Shown here: positions 1 to 8,246 of the stretch, in pieces
How positions within the stretch are numbered: the stretch's first letter is position 1
How the letters are laid out: the number at the start of each line of letters is the position of its first letter
Assembly: GCA_965218615.1 (NCBI GenBank)
Contig: CBDCLH010000001.1
Span: 473,447 to 537,446, forward strand
Reading direction: 5' to 3'
Length of the DNA: 64,000 nucleotides
From: Bryobacterales bacterium
Lineage (GTDB): Bacteria; Acidobacteriota; Terriglobia; Bryobacterales; UBA6623
Translations under genes and position numbers: made by a program
Notes under the pieces: model-generated
Told to the model about the DNA's origin: nothing
The model's input: only the letters and a program-made list of their open reading frames with translations
The model's database searches: none

Positions 1-125
1 CCAGCAGAGAACTGAGAGCGATGCCGCCCAGACCGAAGCTGATCCGTTCCAAGCAGTCCCGCCGCGTCAGCACCTGCCTCATGGGCGTGAAGCGCGTGTG
101 TCGCTTAACTTCGTCAAATCCCATC
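1..125 (-). CDS. DUF1501-family (sulfatase-like) protein, N-terminal fragment running off the window
   Basis: The reverse complement of 1-125 reads MGFDEVKRHTRFTPMRQVLTRRDCLERISFGLGGIALSSLL, a Tat-like signal typical of DUF1501 proteins. It starts 16 nt downstream of a DUF1549/DUF1553 gene, the usual partner arrangement. It is absent from the ORF track because it has no stop inside the window. Confidence 0.6.
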
Positions 126-141
126 GCGACACCTCCTGGCG

Positions 142-2703
142 TCAATCCAAATAGACGAACTCATTGGCGCCGAGCAGCGCCTGGCACAGATTGGCATACG
201 TTCGGAGCACCCGATCCTCGTCGGGCAGATTGGCATGGCGCCTAAGCTGCTTGTCCAGGAAGGTCAACAGCATGTCCATCTCGCGCGCACTGGGCGCACG
301 GGCCAATGCCAGCCGAAAGGCGTATTCGACCGTTTCACGGTCCGCGGGACTCGCCGACATCCCCACGGGCGGCTTTTCGGCAAGCACGCGCTGAGCAAAG
401 TGCTCGGCTTGCGACCTGATGAATTCGCTATTCATCAGAGCCAGGGACTGTGAAGCGGTCGTCGAGGTATTGCGACCCGTGCAGTTCACCTCCATGACCG
501 GGGCGTCGAAGACGTTCAAGAAACTCTGCGGGGCTGAGCGCCGGACGATCTGATAGACAGATCGCCTTCCCGCCTCGGTGTCGTTCGCAGGAACCACCTC
601 GCCCGTGGGTCTCGTCTCGGTCTTGACCGGCTCGCCGAACAACGTTCGGTCCAGAACGCCCGCCGCAGAGAGCACCGAATCGCGGACGATCTCGGCCTCC
701 AAGCGGCGAGGTCTCATGCGCCACAGCAGATTGTTTTCCGGGTCGCTCTCGAGCCCTCGGGGATGAGCCATCGAACTTTGTCGGTAGGCCGTCGAAGTCA
801 TGACTAGGCGGTGCATCTGCTTGATGCTCCAGCCTTGCTCGACGAACTCGACCGCCAACCAATCCAGCAATGGTTGGTTCGTGGGAGGCTCCCCGGATTT
901 CCCGAAGTTATCGGTCGTTGGGACGATGCCCTCCCCAAAGTGGTGAGCCCAGATCCGATTCACCATCAGGCGCGCAGTCAGAGGATGGTTGGGACGTGTG
1001 AGCCACTCGGCGAAGGCCCGCCGCCGACCGGTCGTCATCGCACCGGACTGCGGAGGCGGAACCGAGAAAGGATTCTCGGGGTCATCCAACACGGCCGGAA
1101 CGTTCGGCTTTACCTCTGCGATGCCTTGACGCTCAAAGTTGCCGCGCGGCAACACAAACGTCGGCGGCGGGCTCGCGTCCAAGTCGTAGAACGCTCGTAT
1201 GGCGGGCAGTCGGATACGTTTCGCTTCCTCTCGCGTGAGTTCTTTGTCCAATCGATCCGCGATTACGGCGTACTCGGGAAATGCCTCGCGAACTTCTTCA
1301 GGCGTGGCCTCGTCCTTTTTCGGATGCTTGGCTCGATACTGTTCTAAACGGGCTTGCTGGAGTTGCTTGAGCGCCTTCACGACCTCCTCGAGAGGTTCGT
1401 TCACAGCATTCGATTCTTCCTGTTCCGCTTGGGTCGCCTCGAACACCCGGCGCTCTTTTGTGACCAACGCTGGAGCATCCGGACGGACCGCCGCGGCGAA
1501 GAGCGCTTGGACACGGTAGTAATCCTTCTGCGTGATCGGCTCGTACTTGTGGTCGTGGCAGCGGGCGCAGTGCAACGTCAGGCCAAACAACGAAGATCCC
1601 ACTAGCTGCTCCATATCAAAGAGCATGCGCCACAGGTAGTGCCGATTGAGCCCGTCGACGTGGATCGCCATTGTCCCGTCCGCCACCATGCGCAGAAAGC
1701 CGGTTGCTTCCAGCGGCTCGACGATATCCGGCGGCAACCCGTCATAGTTTCGGAAGTCGGAATATTCGTCACCGGCGAGTTGTTCTCGCAAGAATTGGTC
1801 GTAGGCCTTGTCGCTGTTGAAGGCGCGGATCACGTAATCGCGGTAGCGCCAAGCGAAGTCACGCAGTTGGTCGGCTGCCTCGCCGCCTTCGGAGTCGGCA
1901 TAGCCGGCCAAGTCGAGCCAATGCCGTCCCCAACGCTCCCCGTAGTGCGTACTCTCGAGTAATTGATCAATGACTCGCCCGTAAGCATCGGCAGAGCGAT
2001 CCGCCAAGAATCTGTCAATCTGTTGCGGCGTAGGGGGCAGGCCGATCAGATCGAAATAGATTCGGCGCAGGAGCGTGATCCGATCCGCGTCGGGCGAGAA
2101 CGACAGACCCTGTTCTTCAAGTGCGGCGAGAAGGAAGGCGTCCACAGGAGTGCGGACTCGCGCTGCAGTTCTGACCTCGGGGATCGAGGGCCTCTGGGGC
2201 GGCTGGAACGCCCAATGCTTGCGGTTTTCCGGATCCATGCCCGGCTCGGTCGATACGACAAGGTCGGCATGCGCCGCTGGTGCGCCAGCAGCGATCCATT
2301 GTCGAATGTCCTCTAACTCCTGCTCGCTCAATTTCTCGCCGCTCATCGGCATTTCGCCGTTGACGACGCGCTTATAGAGCAAGCTCTGCTCGCCCGAGCC
2401 TACGACGATCACCGGACCATTTACGCCACCTCTTAGCAAGCTTGCCCGCGAACGAACATCCAGAGCGGCCTGTGGCGCCGAACCGCTATGACACTCCACA
2501 CAATGGGTTTCGAAAATGGGGAGGATTTGCTCTTCGAAGGTTCGTGCTGAACCGCTGGCCGAGGGTGCGGTTTGAGCCCGTATCGAGATGGGCATCACCG
2601 ATGCCAGGGCGATGGCGGCCCACAACATCGGTGGGGGCTCAACGGATCTCCAGAACGGGAATGTCCGAACGCCCATCTCAAGTCCCCGCGGCCTCGGGAT
2701 CAA
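142..2703 (-). CDS. Planctomycete-type cytochrome c (PSCyt1) / DUF1549 / DUF1553 domain protein
   Basis: 853-aa ORF with an N-terminal signal peptide, a CVECHSG heme motif, a DUF1549-like stretch (LLRRIYFDLIGLPPTPQQIDRFLAD) and a DUF1553-like stretch (CARCHDHKYEPITQKDYY). The true start may be an internal Met (MLWAAIAL, about 2628). Confidence 0.85.
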   Translation of the reverse strand: MIPRPRGLEMGVRTFPFWRSVEPPPMLWAAIALASVMPISIRAQTAPSASGSARTFEEQILPIFETHCVECHSGSAPQAALDVRSRASLLRGGVNGPVIVVGSGEQSLLYKRVVNGEMPMSGEKLSEQELEDIRQWIAAGAPAAHADLVVSTEPGMDPENRKHWAFQPPQRPSIPEVRTAARVRTPVDAFLLAALEEQGLSFSPDADRITLLRRIYFDLIGLPPTPQQIDRFLADRSADAYGRVIDQLLESTHYGERWGRHWLDLAGYADSEGGEAADQLRDFAWRYRDYVIRAFNSDKAYDQFLREQLAGDEYSDFRNYDGLPPDIVEPLEATGFLRMVADGTMAIHVDGLNRHYLWRMLFDMEQLVGSSLFGLTLHCARCHDHKYEPITQKDYYRVQALFAAAVRPDAPALVTKERRVFEATQAEQEESNAVNEPLEEVVKALKQLQQARLEQYRAKHPKKDEATPEEVREAFPEYAVIADRLDKELTREEAKRIRLPAIRAFYDLDASPPPTFVLPRGNFERQGIAEVKPNVPAVLDDPENPFSVPPPQSGAMTTGRRRAFAEWLTRPNHPLTARLMVNRIWAHHFGEGIVPTTDNFGKSGEPPTNQPLLDWLAVEFVEQGWSIKQMHRLVMTSTAYRQSSMAHPRGLESDPENNLLWRMRPRRLEAEIVRDSVLSAAGVLDRTLFGEPVKTETRPTGEVVPANDTEAGRRSVYQIVRRSAPQSFLNVFDAPVMEVNCTGRNTSTTASQSLALMNSEFIRSQAEHFAQRVLAEKPPVGMSASPADRETVEYAFRLALARAPSAREMDMLLTFLDKQLRRHANLPDEDRVLRTYANLCQALLGANEFVYLD

Positions 2704-3017
2704 ATGACCCTCACACGCTCGCCTGGGAGATCAGCATGGGCAGGTCCAGCGAGCAGTTTGCCGATCCCCGCAAAGCCAATCTAAGTCTGTGATTATCGAC
2801 CAATTTGGAGTAGCTGTCCAGTGAATTTTGGTTGCTTCTTGTTGCCGCGATTGGAAAACGCCGTTCCTGAGCCGAGACATGCTGAAACTGATGGAAGATG
2901 TCGTTGTAGCGGGCAATCGCGAGAGAGATGCTTGCCATGGAGTCCGACAACCAGGTATGTCCCGGAGCCGGCGCGCCGCGAGGTTGTCTTAGCGGGGCGC
3001 CCCTCGTGCCCGCCCGA

Positions 3018-3751
3018 CTACGTCGCCACGATCCCCGCGATGTCGATCAGGTGCAGTTGCCGGCCTTCGCCCCCGTGCGGCGAATCGATGACGACCCTCG
3101 TCCCGTCGGGACTGAACCTCGGATGGGTGTCGCAGCGCCACTCGCCCCGGTATTCCTCAGGCGAACGAAAGTGGCCCAAAGGCACGCGGCGGCCGCTGCT
3201 CACTTCGTACAGATAGGGGTGCTGCAACCTGTTCTCATCGGGATAGGTGTCATTGAGGATCCATTGGTTCCCAGGCAGGTAGGTACAGTGTCCGTTGACT
3301 GGCATGGCGTCCGGCGCCACGACTGCGGCCTCCTCTGTCCCGTCGCGGAAGAGGTAGAACTTGCTTGTGTGCGACGGGCGCCACGCCCACGCGAGCACAT
3401 GCTTCGGATCTCGCCAGATGAAGTGCGATGTGCGTCCATAGGGGTCGAGCACATAAGGGTCCGACCCGTCGCTGCCGATCGTGAACATGCGTGTGCCGAA
3501 GCTCTTGCCCGAACCCGGTGCGAAGCTCCAGCGATGCAGAAAGATCAGTCTTGAACCATCGGGCGAAACCAGCAGGTGGTTGAAATAGTGCTTCAGTCCG
3601 GACGCGTCGCTGTGCGGGTCGGGAATCGCGGCGGCCTGCGCGATGGAGATGAGCAACTTTCGCTCGCCCGTCGCGAGATTCACCCTCCAGATCCCTTCGT
3701 CGTCCGGGGCCAGCGTGCCCGCGTTGGGATCTGCGATGCCCACATAGCCGT
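3018..3751 (-). pseudogene. TolB-like beta-propeller protein, C-terminal part (gene split by an IS66-family insertion)
   Basis: The frame reads ...VGIADPNAGTLAPDDEGIWRVNLATGERKLL...SPDGSRLIFLH...SPDGTRVVIDS... and ends in TAG at 3018. It joins in frame to 5283-5801 once the IS and one TSD copy are removed (173 + 241 codons). Confidence 0.8.
3744..3751. repeat. 8-bp target-site duplication ATAGCCGT, left copy
   Basis: An identical octamer lies at 5283-5290, immediately outside the two terminal inverted repeats. An 8-bp TSD is the IS66-family hallmark. Confidence 0.8.
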
Positions 3752-3856
3752 GTAATTGCTCACCTAGGGCCAAGCTAACGTGACCAATTGGACCTATCGA
3801 GCACGGATCAACTGTAGCCCTAGAACAATAAAAGGAAGATATGTTATCAAGAGGGA

Positions 3857-5257
3857 GTGGGTGAACCACTTTCGGATCTTGGCTCTCCGACCGGCTCCGG
3901 CAGCGACCCGCTCGTCGTTGGCCTGCAAGCGACGAACGCGGAGTTGACGGCCGCGAATGCGGAGCTGGTGACTGCGAATGCGGAGCTGGCGGCGAAAGTG
4001 GCGGAACTGGAGACGCGCCTGGGGGCGCCGCCCAAGACACCGGCGAATTCGTCGCTGCCGCCCTCGCGAGGGGAGAAGGGGAACAAGCCGGGGCGGCGGA
4101 GGAGGCGCAAGCGCAAGGGGCGTGCAGGCGCGGGACGCAAGCTGGACCCCCACCCGGATGCGAGGCACGCGGCACGGGCCGCGAGCTGCCCGCACTGCCA
4201 GGCGGAGCTGGGCGGGCAGGAGCAGAGGCCGCAGGCGGTCTAGGATCGGATCGAATTGTGGCCGGTGCGGCCGCCTGGCACGCGGGTCACGCTGCAGGGT
4301 TGCCAGTGTCCGGGTTGCGGTCGGCGGGTCACGGCGGAAGCGCCAGCGGGGCTGGAGCCGGGCGCGCCGTTCGGAGCGACGATCGAGGCGCTGGCGGTGT
4401 ACTTCCATTACGCGCAAGCGATCAGTTACGAGCGGCTGCGGGCGCTGTTTGCCGACGTGTTCGGGCTGGCGAGCAGCGAGGGAGCGCTGGCGAACCTGTT
4501 CCGGCGGGTGCCAGGGCGGTGCGGGGAGCAGGCGGAGGCGATCCGGGAGCGGGTGCGGGGGAGCCGGGTGGTGTGCTCGGACGAGACAGCGGCGCGGGTG
4601 CACGGACGCCGGTGGTGGGAGTGGGTGTTTCTGGGAGCGGGAGCGACGCTGCACGTGCTGCGGCCGAGCCGCTCGAAGGCCGAGCCGGAGAGCGTCCTGG
4701 AGGGGGCGCGACCGGGGGTCTGGGTGTCGGACCTGTACGTGTGCCAGCGCGGGCACGCGCCGGTCTGGCAGGTGTGCCTGGCGCACCAGTTGCGGGACGC
4801 GCAGTACGCGATCGACGCGGGGGACACGGTGTTCGGGCCGGCGCTGAAGGAGTTCCTGCTGGGCGCGATGCGGGTCGGCCAGCGGCGCGAGCGGCTGCAG
4901 GACAGCACGTTGCAGCGTCACCAGCGGACGCTCGGGCGGCGGCTGGACAGGTTGCTGGAATTGGAGCCGACGCAGGCGGACGGGCAGCGGCTGCTCAAGC
5001 GCTACCGCAAGATCCGGGACAGCCTGCTGGTGTTCGTGACGGACCGCGAGGTGCCGTACACGAACAACGCCTCGGAGCGGGCGGTCCGACCAAGCACGAT
5101 CTTCCGCAAGGTGACGAACGGCTTCCGCTCCGAGTGGGGCGCCGCGGTGTACGGGGTGGTGCGCTCGGTGATCAGCACGGGACGCCTCAACGATCTGACG
5201 ACTCTCGAAGCGATCCGCGCCACCATTGAGCAGCGTAGCGTCCTCAAACCCACCTAG
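3857..5257 (+). pseudogene. IS66-family transposase interrupted by an in-frame TAG (4241-4243)
   Basis: ORFs 3857-4243 and 4256-5257 share one frame. The junction reads ...CPHCQAELGGQEQRPQAV*DRIELWPVRPPGTRV.... Downstream motifs are typical of IS66 TnpC (SDETAARVHGRRWWEWVF, CLAHQLRD, VPYTNNASERAVRP). The GTG start at 3857 is uncertain. Confidence 0.8.
3932..4015 (+). repeat. Four tandem 21-nt units encoding a heptad coiled coil (TNAELTA/ANAELVT/ANAELAA/KVAELET)
   Basis: GCGAATGCGGAGCTGG is repeated exactly at 3953 and 3974, with diverged flanking units. This corresponds to the leucine-zipper region of the IS66 transposase N-terminus. Confidence 0.7.
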
Positions 5258-5282
5258 CCAGCCCCCCTGGGTGAGCAATTAC

Positions 5283-5290
5283 ATAGCCGT
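5283..5290. repeat. 8-bp target-site duplication ATAGCCGT, right copy
   Basis: Direct repeat of 3744-3751, abutting the right IS66 inverted repeat. Confidence 0.8.
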
Positions 5291-5801
5291 AGCCGGGCCG
5301 CGTGTCGTTCAAGCGCCGGAAATCGGTGGTCACCGCCCACGAGCCGTCCGGGCCCAGCGCGTAGATTGCCGAGGGGATCGTGCGTGCCTGGCCGGTCTCG
5401 ACATCGAGGATGCGGCTGACATAGGCCCCCTCTTCGCGGTCGTTCCAGATCACTTCCGACCGCGATCCGGGAAGCCACTGCAACATGCAGCCCTGCTGCC
5501 AGCCCCACGCCGTGCTGCCGCCCAAGTCCGTCCAACGGTCGCCGTCCGCTAAGTCGACCATGCCGATGCGGATCTCGTCGTCCGGCCGCGGTGAGCGATG
5601 CTCGAATCCGACTTCCATGCCGAGGACAAGTCGGTTGGTTGGATCGAATTCGAGTTTGTCGTAGTAGCCGAACCAGTGGTGCTTGGGCCCGTGGGTGAGG
5701 CTCCGCACAGGCGGCAAGCCGCCTCCGACCCGCTGTCCGCAGGCAGCCGTAAACCCGACTGTCCAGGCTCCCAGAAACGCTCGCCTTGTCGTCGGAGCCA
5801 T
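5283..5801 (-). pseudogene. TolB-like beta-propeller protein, N-terminal part with Tat-like signal
   Basis: MAPTTRRAFLGAWTVGFTAAC...RRLNDTRPGYGY, exactly 173 codons up to the TSD. The annotated ORF then reads through into IS sequence (VIAHPGGLARWV*). Confidence 0.8.
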
Positions 5802-5888
5802 GCTGTGGACACTCTATCATCTGAGTCGCTAAGTCGCGCTCTGGGGGAGCCGCCGGGCGGCGCCGCGCGTCTTTGCTACTTTGAGGCT

Positions 5889-7073
5889 GTGAAGACCCCT
5901 CCCGCCGTACTCCTGCCTCTTCTTGTGGGCCTTGCCTGCTCTCCCGGCTCGGAAGAGCGAACTGGCGGCACGTCCATGGATGTGTCGGCGAGACAGGTCT
6001 TCCAAGACCAGACCGGGCAGACGGTGGCCTTGCTGGCGGGCCAAACTCTCTATCTCAGTGCAGTCGCGCCTTCCGACGCTTCGGCGGAGATCGGGCAGCA
6101 GACCCACTCGGCCATGGACCGCCTCGGAGAGGTTCTCGGGATGGCGAAATTGGGGTATTCGCACGTTGTCAGCTGTCATGTCCATCTGTCGGACATGGAG
6201 AACTACGCAGCGATGAACTCCGTCTACGGCAGCTACTTCTCAGAGGGTGGATACCCGGCTCGGACTACGGTGGAGCTTCCGGGCCTGCCGGGCGGTGTGG
6301 GAGTTCTGCTGGGTTGCATCGCCTATGCGGATGCCCAGGGAATCGAGGTCGTCCGCCCACCGGAGGACGAGATTCCGGCCCCGATGGGACCGTACTCTCC
6401 CGCGGTCCGCGCGGGAGGGACCGTCTATCTTTCGGGCCAGGGCGGCCGGGACCCGTCGACGGGCAAGCTCGCAGCCTCCGCGGCCGAACAGGCCGAGCAG
6501 ACCCTGCAAACGATCGACATCATTCTGCGGGCCGCCGGCCTCACCTATGACAACGCGGTCCTCGCCATCTCGTACCTGCCGCCCTCGTCCGAAGAAGCCG
6601 AGATCGACGGCGCGTTCGAAGCCGTGTTCAGCCCAGGCGGCGCGCCGAGCCGCTCGATGGTCGCACTCTCCGAACTCCCAGGCGGCATTGCCGTCGAGAT
6701 TACTTTCATCGCCGTCGAGGACAGCTACGCCACCCGGTTGTTCATGCACAATCACCCACCTACGGCCTCTTCGAGTCCGGCGTCCCTCAGTGGAGGCGTC
6801 CTGTACGCCTCGTCCACGGCGGGCTCGGGCGAGACGTTCCGGCGTCAATACGAACACGCGATGCGGTCCCAGGCGGAAGCGCTGGGCCTCGCTTCCCTAG
6901 ATTTGCGCCACGTCGTGCGGGTCACGGCCTATCTCCGCGACCTGGATCGCATGGAGGAGCTGCGCGCTCTCGTCGCCGAGACGTTCCCGGAGAACCCCCC
7001 GGCCGCGACGGTCCTCCAGACGCGCAATCCGTCGGGCTCCGATATCCTGCTCGAATTGATCGCCGTGCAGTGA
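5889..7073 (+). CDS. Lipoprotein made of three tandem RidA/YjgF/L-PSP domains
   Basis: GTG start at 5889 followed by VKTPPAVLLPLLVGLAC (a lipobox-like signal). Three ~120-aa units follow, each with the RidA pattern (…LYLSAV…VSCHVHLSDM…ARTTVEL; …GPYSPAVRAGGTVYLSGQ…AISYL…SRSMVAL; …GGVLYASS…VRVTAYLRDL…AATVLQ). The upstream part of ORF 5598-7073 overlaps the divergent gene. Confidence 0.75.
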   Translation: MKTPPAVLLPLLVGLACSPGSEERTGGTSMDVSARQVFQDQTGQTVALLAGQTLYLSAVAPSDASAEIGQQTHSAMDRLGEVLGMAKLGYSHVVSCHVHLSDMENYAAMNSVYGSYFSEGGYPARTTVELPGLPGGVGVLLGCIAYADAQGIEVVRPPEDEIPAPMGPYSPAVRAGGTVYLSGQGGRDPSTGKLAASAAEQAEQTLQTIDIILRAAGLTYDNAVLAISYLPPSSEEAEIDGAFEAVFSPGGAPSRSMVALSELPGGIAVEITFIAVEDSYATRLFMHNHPPTASSSPASLSGGVLYASSTAGSGETFRRQYEHAMRSQAEALGLASLDLRHVVRVTAYLRDLDRMEELRALVAETFPENPPAATVLQTRNPSGSDILLELIAVQ

Positions 7074-7167
7074 CGCCAGGGCGGCTCGCGGGGTCTTAGA
7101 AGGCGCACCGCGAACGCGTGCCGTGGCCGATTCGCGTGGCCCAGTGCTTGCTAGCATAGGCAGCTTG

Positions 7168-8217
7168 ATGCATCCGCGGACCCGCAAGGAAAACCTGCTC
7201 GAAGAGCCCACCATCCCCTTCCCGGTCGACCTCTCCAACTCGGCGTCTTCCCTGCTTGAGAAGATGTCCGGGACGGCGTTCCAGGGTCGGCAACTCGGCC
7301 AGGCATTCGGCGTGTGGAAAGACATGCTGGCAGACCCCGAGTGCACCGTCTTGATGGGCCTTGCCGGCGCCATGGTGCCCGGAGGCATGCGCCGAGTGGT
7401 GCGCTTTCTGATCGAGAACCGCCTGATCGACATCCTGACGTCCACTGGCGCGAACTTCTTCCACGATCTGCACGAGACGCGGGGTTTCCACCACTATCAG
7501 GGATCGCCCGACATGGACGACGAAACGCTGGGGGAGGTCATGGTGGACCGCATGTACGACGTCCTGGCCGACGAGGTGCGCTTCCGCGAACACGACCTCT
7601 GGATCGGCAGCTTCGCTGCGCGGCTCGACCAAACGCGCCCGTACACCACCCGCGAATTCCTCTACCGGCTCGGACTCGAGGTTGGCAAGGACTGCGCCGA
7701 AGACGGCATCGTCACGGCGGCGGCCAAGCACGGCGTCCCGCTGTTCTGCCCCGCCATCGGGGACAGTTCCATCGGCATCGGCGTCGCGGAAAGCCGGCAC
7801 CGCGGGGAGAACCGGCTGATGTTCGACATGATGGCGGACGTGCTGGAGATCACCAATGCAGTGGCGGATTCCAAGGCGACCGGCGTGATCTACTTCGGCG
7901 GCGGCACGCCCAAGAACTACACGCAGCAATCGGAGGTCGTGGCGATCCTCATGAATCGGGGCAAGGCCGGCCACCGCTACGGGATTCAGGTGGTCACGGA
8001 CGCTCCTTACTGGGGTGGGCTGTCCGGCTGCACGCTCGCGGAATCTCAGAGTTGGGGCAAGATCGCGAAAGGGGCCAAGATGGTGGACTGCCACTGTGAC
8101 TCGACCATTGCTATGCCCCTGCTGGTCTCTGCGCTGGCCGAGCAGAAGGATTTGCTGGAACAACGCCGGCGCCCCTCTTTCGACATGGGGCGGGTTCTGC
8201 GGATCCGCCGTGTCTGA
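7168..8217 (+). CDS. Deoxyhypusine synthase-family protein (bacterial DHS/homospermidine-synthase-like)
   Basis: Motifs: GLAGAMVPGGMRRVVRFLIENRLIDILTSTGANFFHDL, PAIGDSSIG, IYFGGGTPKNY, DAPYWGGLSG. The start is assigned to MHPRTRKE; the ORF track starts at 7123. Confidence 0.75.
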   Translation: MHPRTRKENLLEEPTIPFPVDLSNSASSLLEKMSGTAFQGRQLGQAFGVWKDMLADPECTVLMGLAGAMVPGGMRRVVRFLIENRLIDILTSTGANFFHDLHETRGFHHYQGSPDMDDETLGEVMVDRMYDVLADEVRFREHDLWIGSFAARLDQTRPYTTREFLYRLGLEVGKDCAEDGIVTAAAKHGVPLFCPAIGDSSIGIGVAESRHRGENRLMFDMMADVLEITNAVADSKATGVIYFGGGTPKNYTQQSEVVAILMNRGKAGHRYGIQVVTDAPYWGGLSGCTLAESQSWGKIAKGAKMVDCHCDSTIAMPLLVSALAEQKDLLEQRRRPSFDMGRVLRIRRV

Positions 8218-8246
8218 TCGACGGACACGGTTCTGGCGGGCGGCGA

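Larger units (their letters stand above)
3752..5282 (+). mobile_element. IS66-family insertion sequence, single-ORF type, 1531 bp
   Basis: The terminal inverted repeats are GTAATTGCTCACCTAGGG (3752-3769) and the reverse complement of 5265-5282, GTAATTGCTCACCCAGGG (17/18 match, with the 5'-GTAA start typical of IS66). It is flanked by the 8-bp TSD. It encodes an IS66 TnpC-like transposase, and there is no room for tnpA/tnpB. Confidence 0.85.

Noticed and set aside
2711-2950. 79-aa ORF (MSDSMASISLAIARYNDIFHQFQ...) in the lower-GC spacer upstream of the DUF1553 gene.
   Set aside because: It has no recognisable motif. Codon third-position GC is mixed in its second half, so it could equally be untranslated leader/promoter DNA. 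It is left unannotated.
3794-5278. 494-aa ORF antisense to the IS66 transposase, and the 5' extension of ORF 3018-4175 into the IS.
   Set aside because: These are Arg/Pro-rich shadow frames. The sense frame carries the IS66 TnpC motifs, and the host gene frame demonstrably ends at the TSD.
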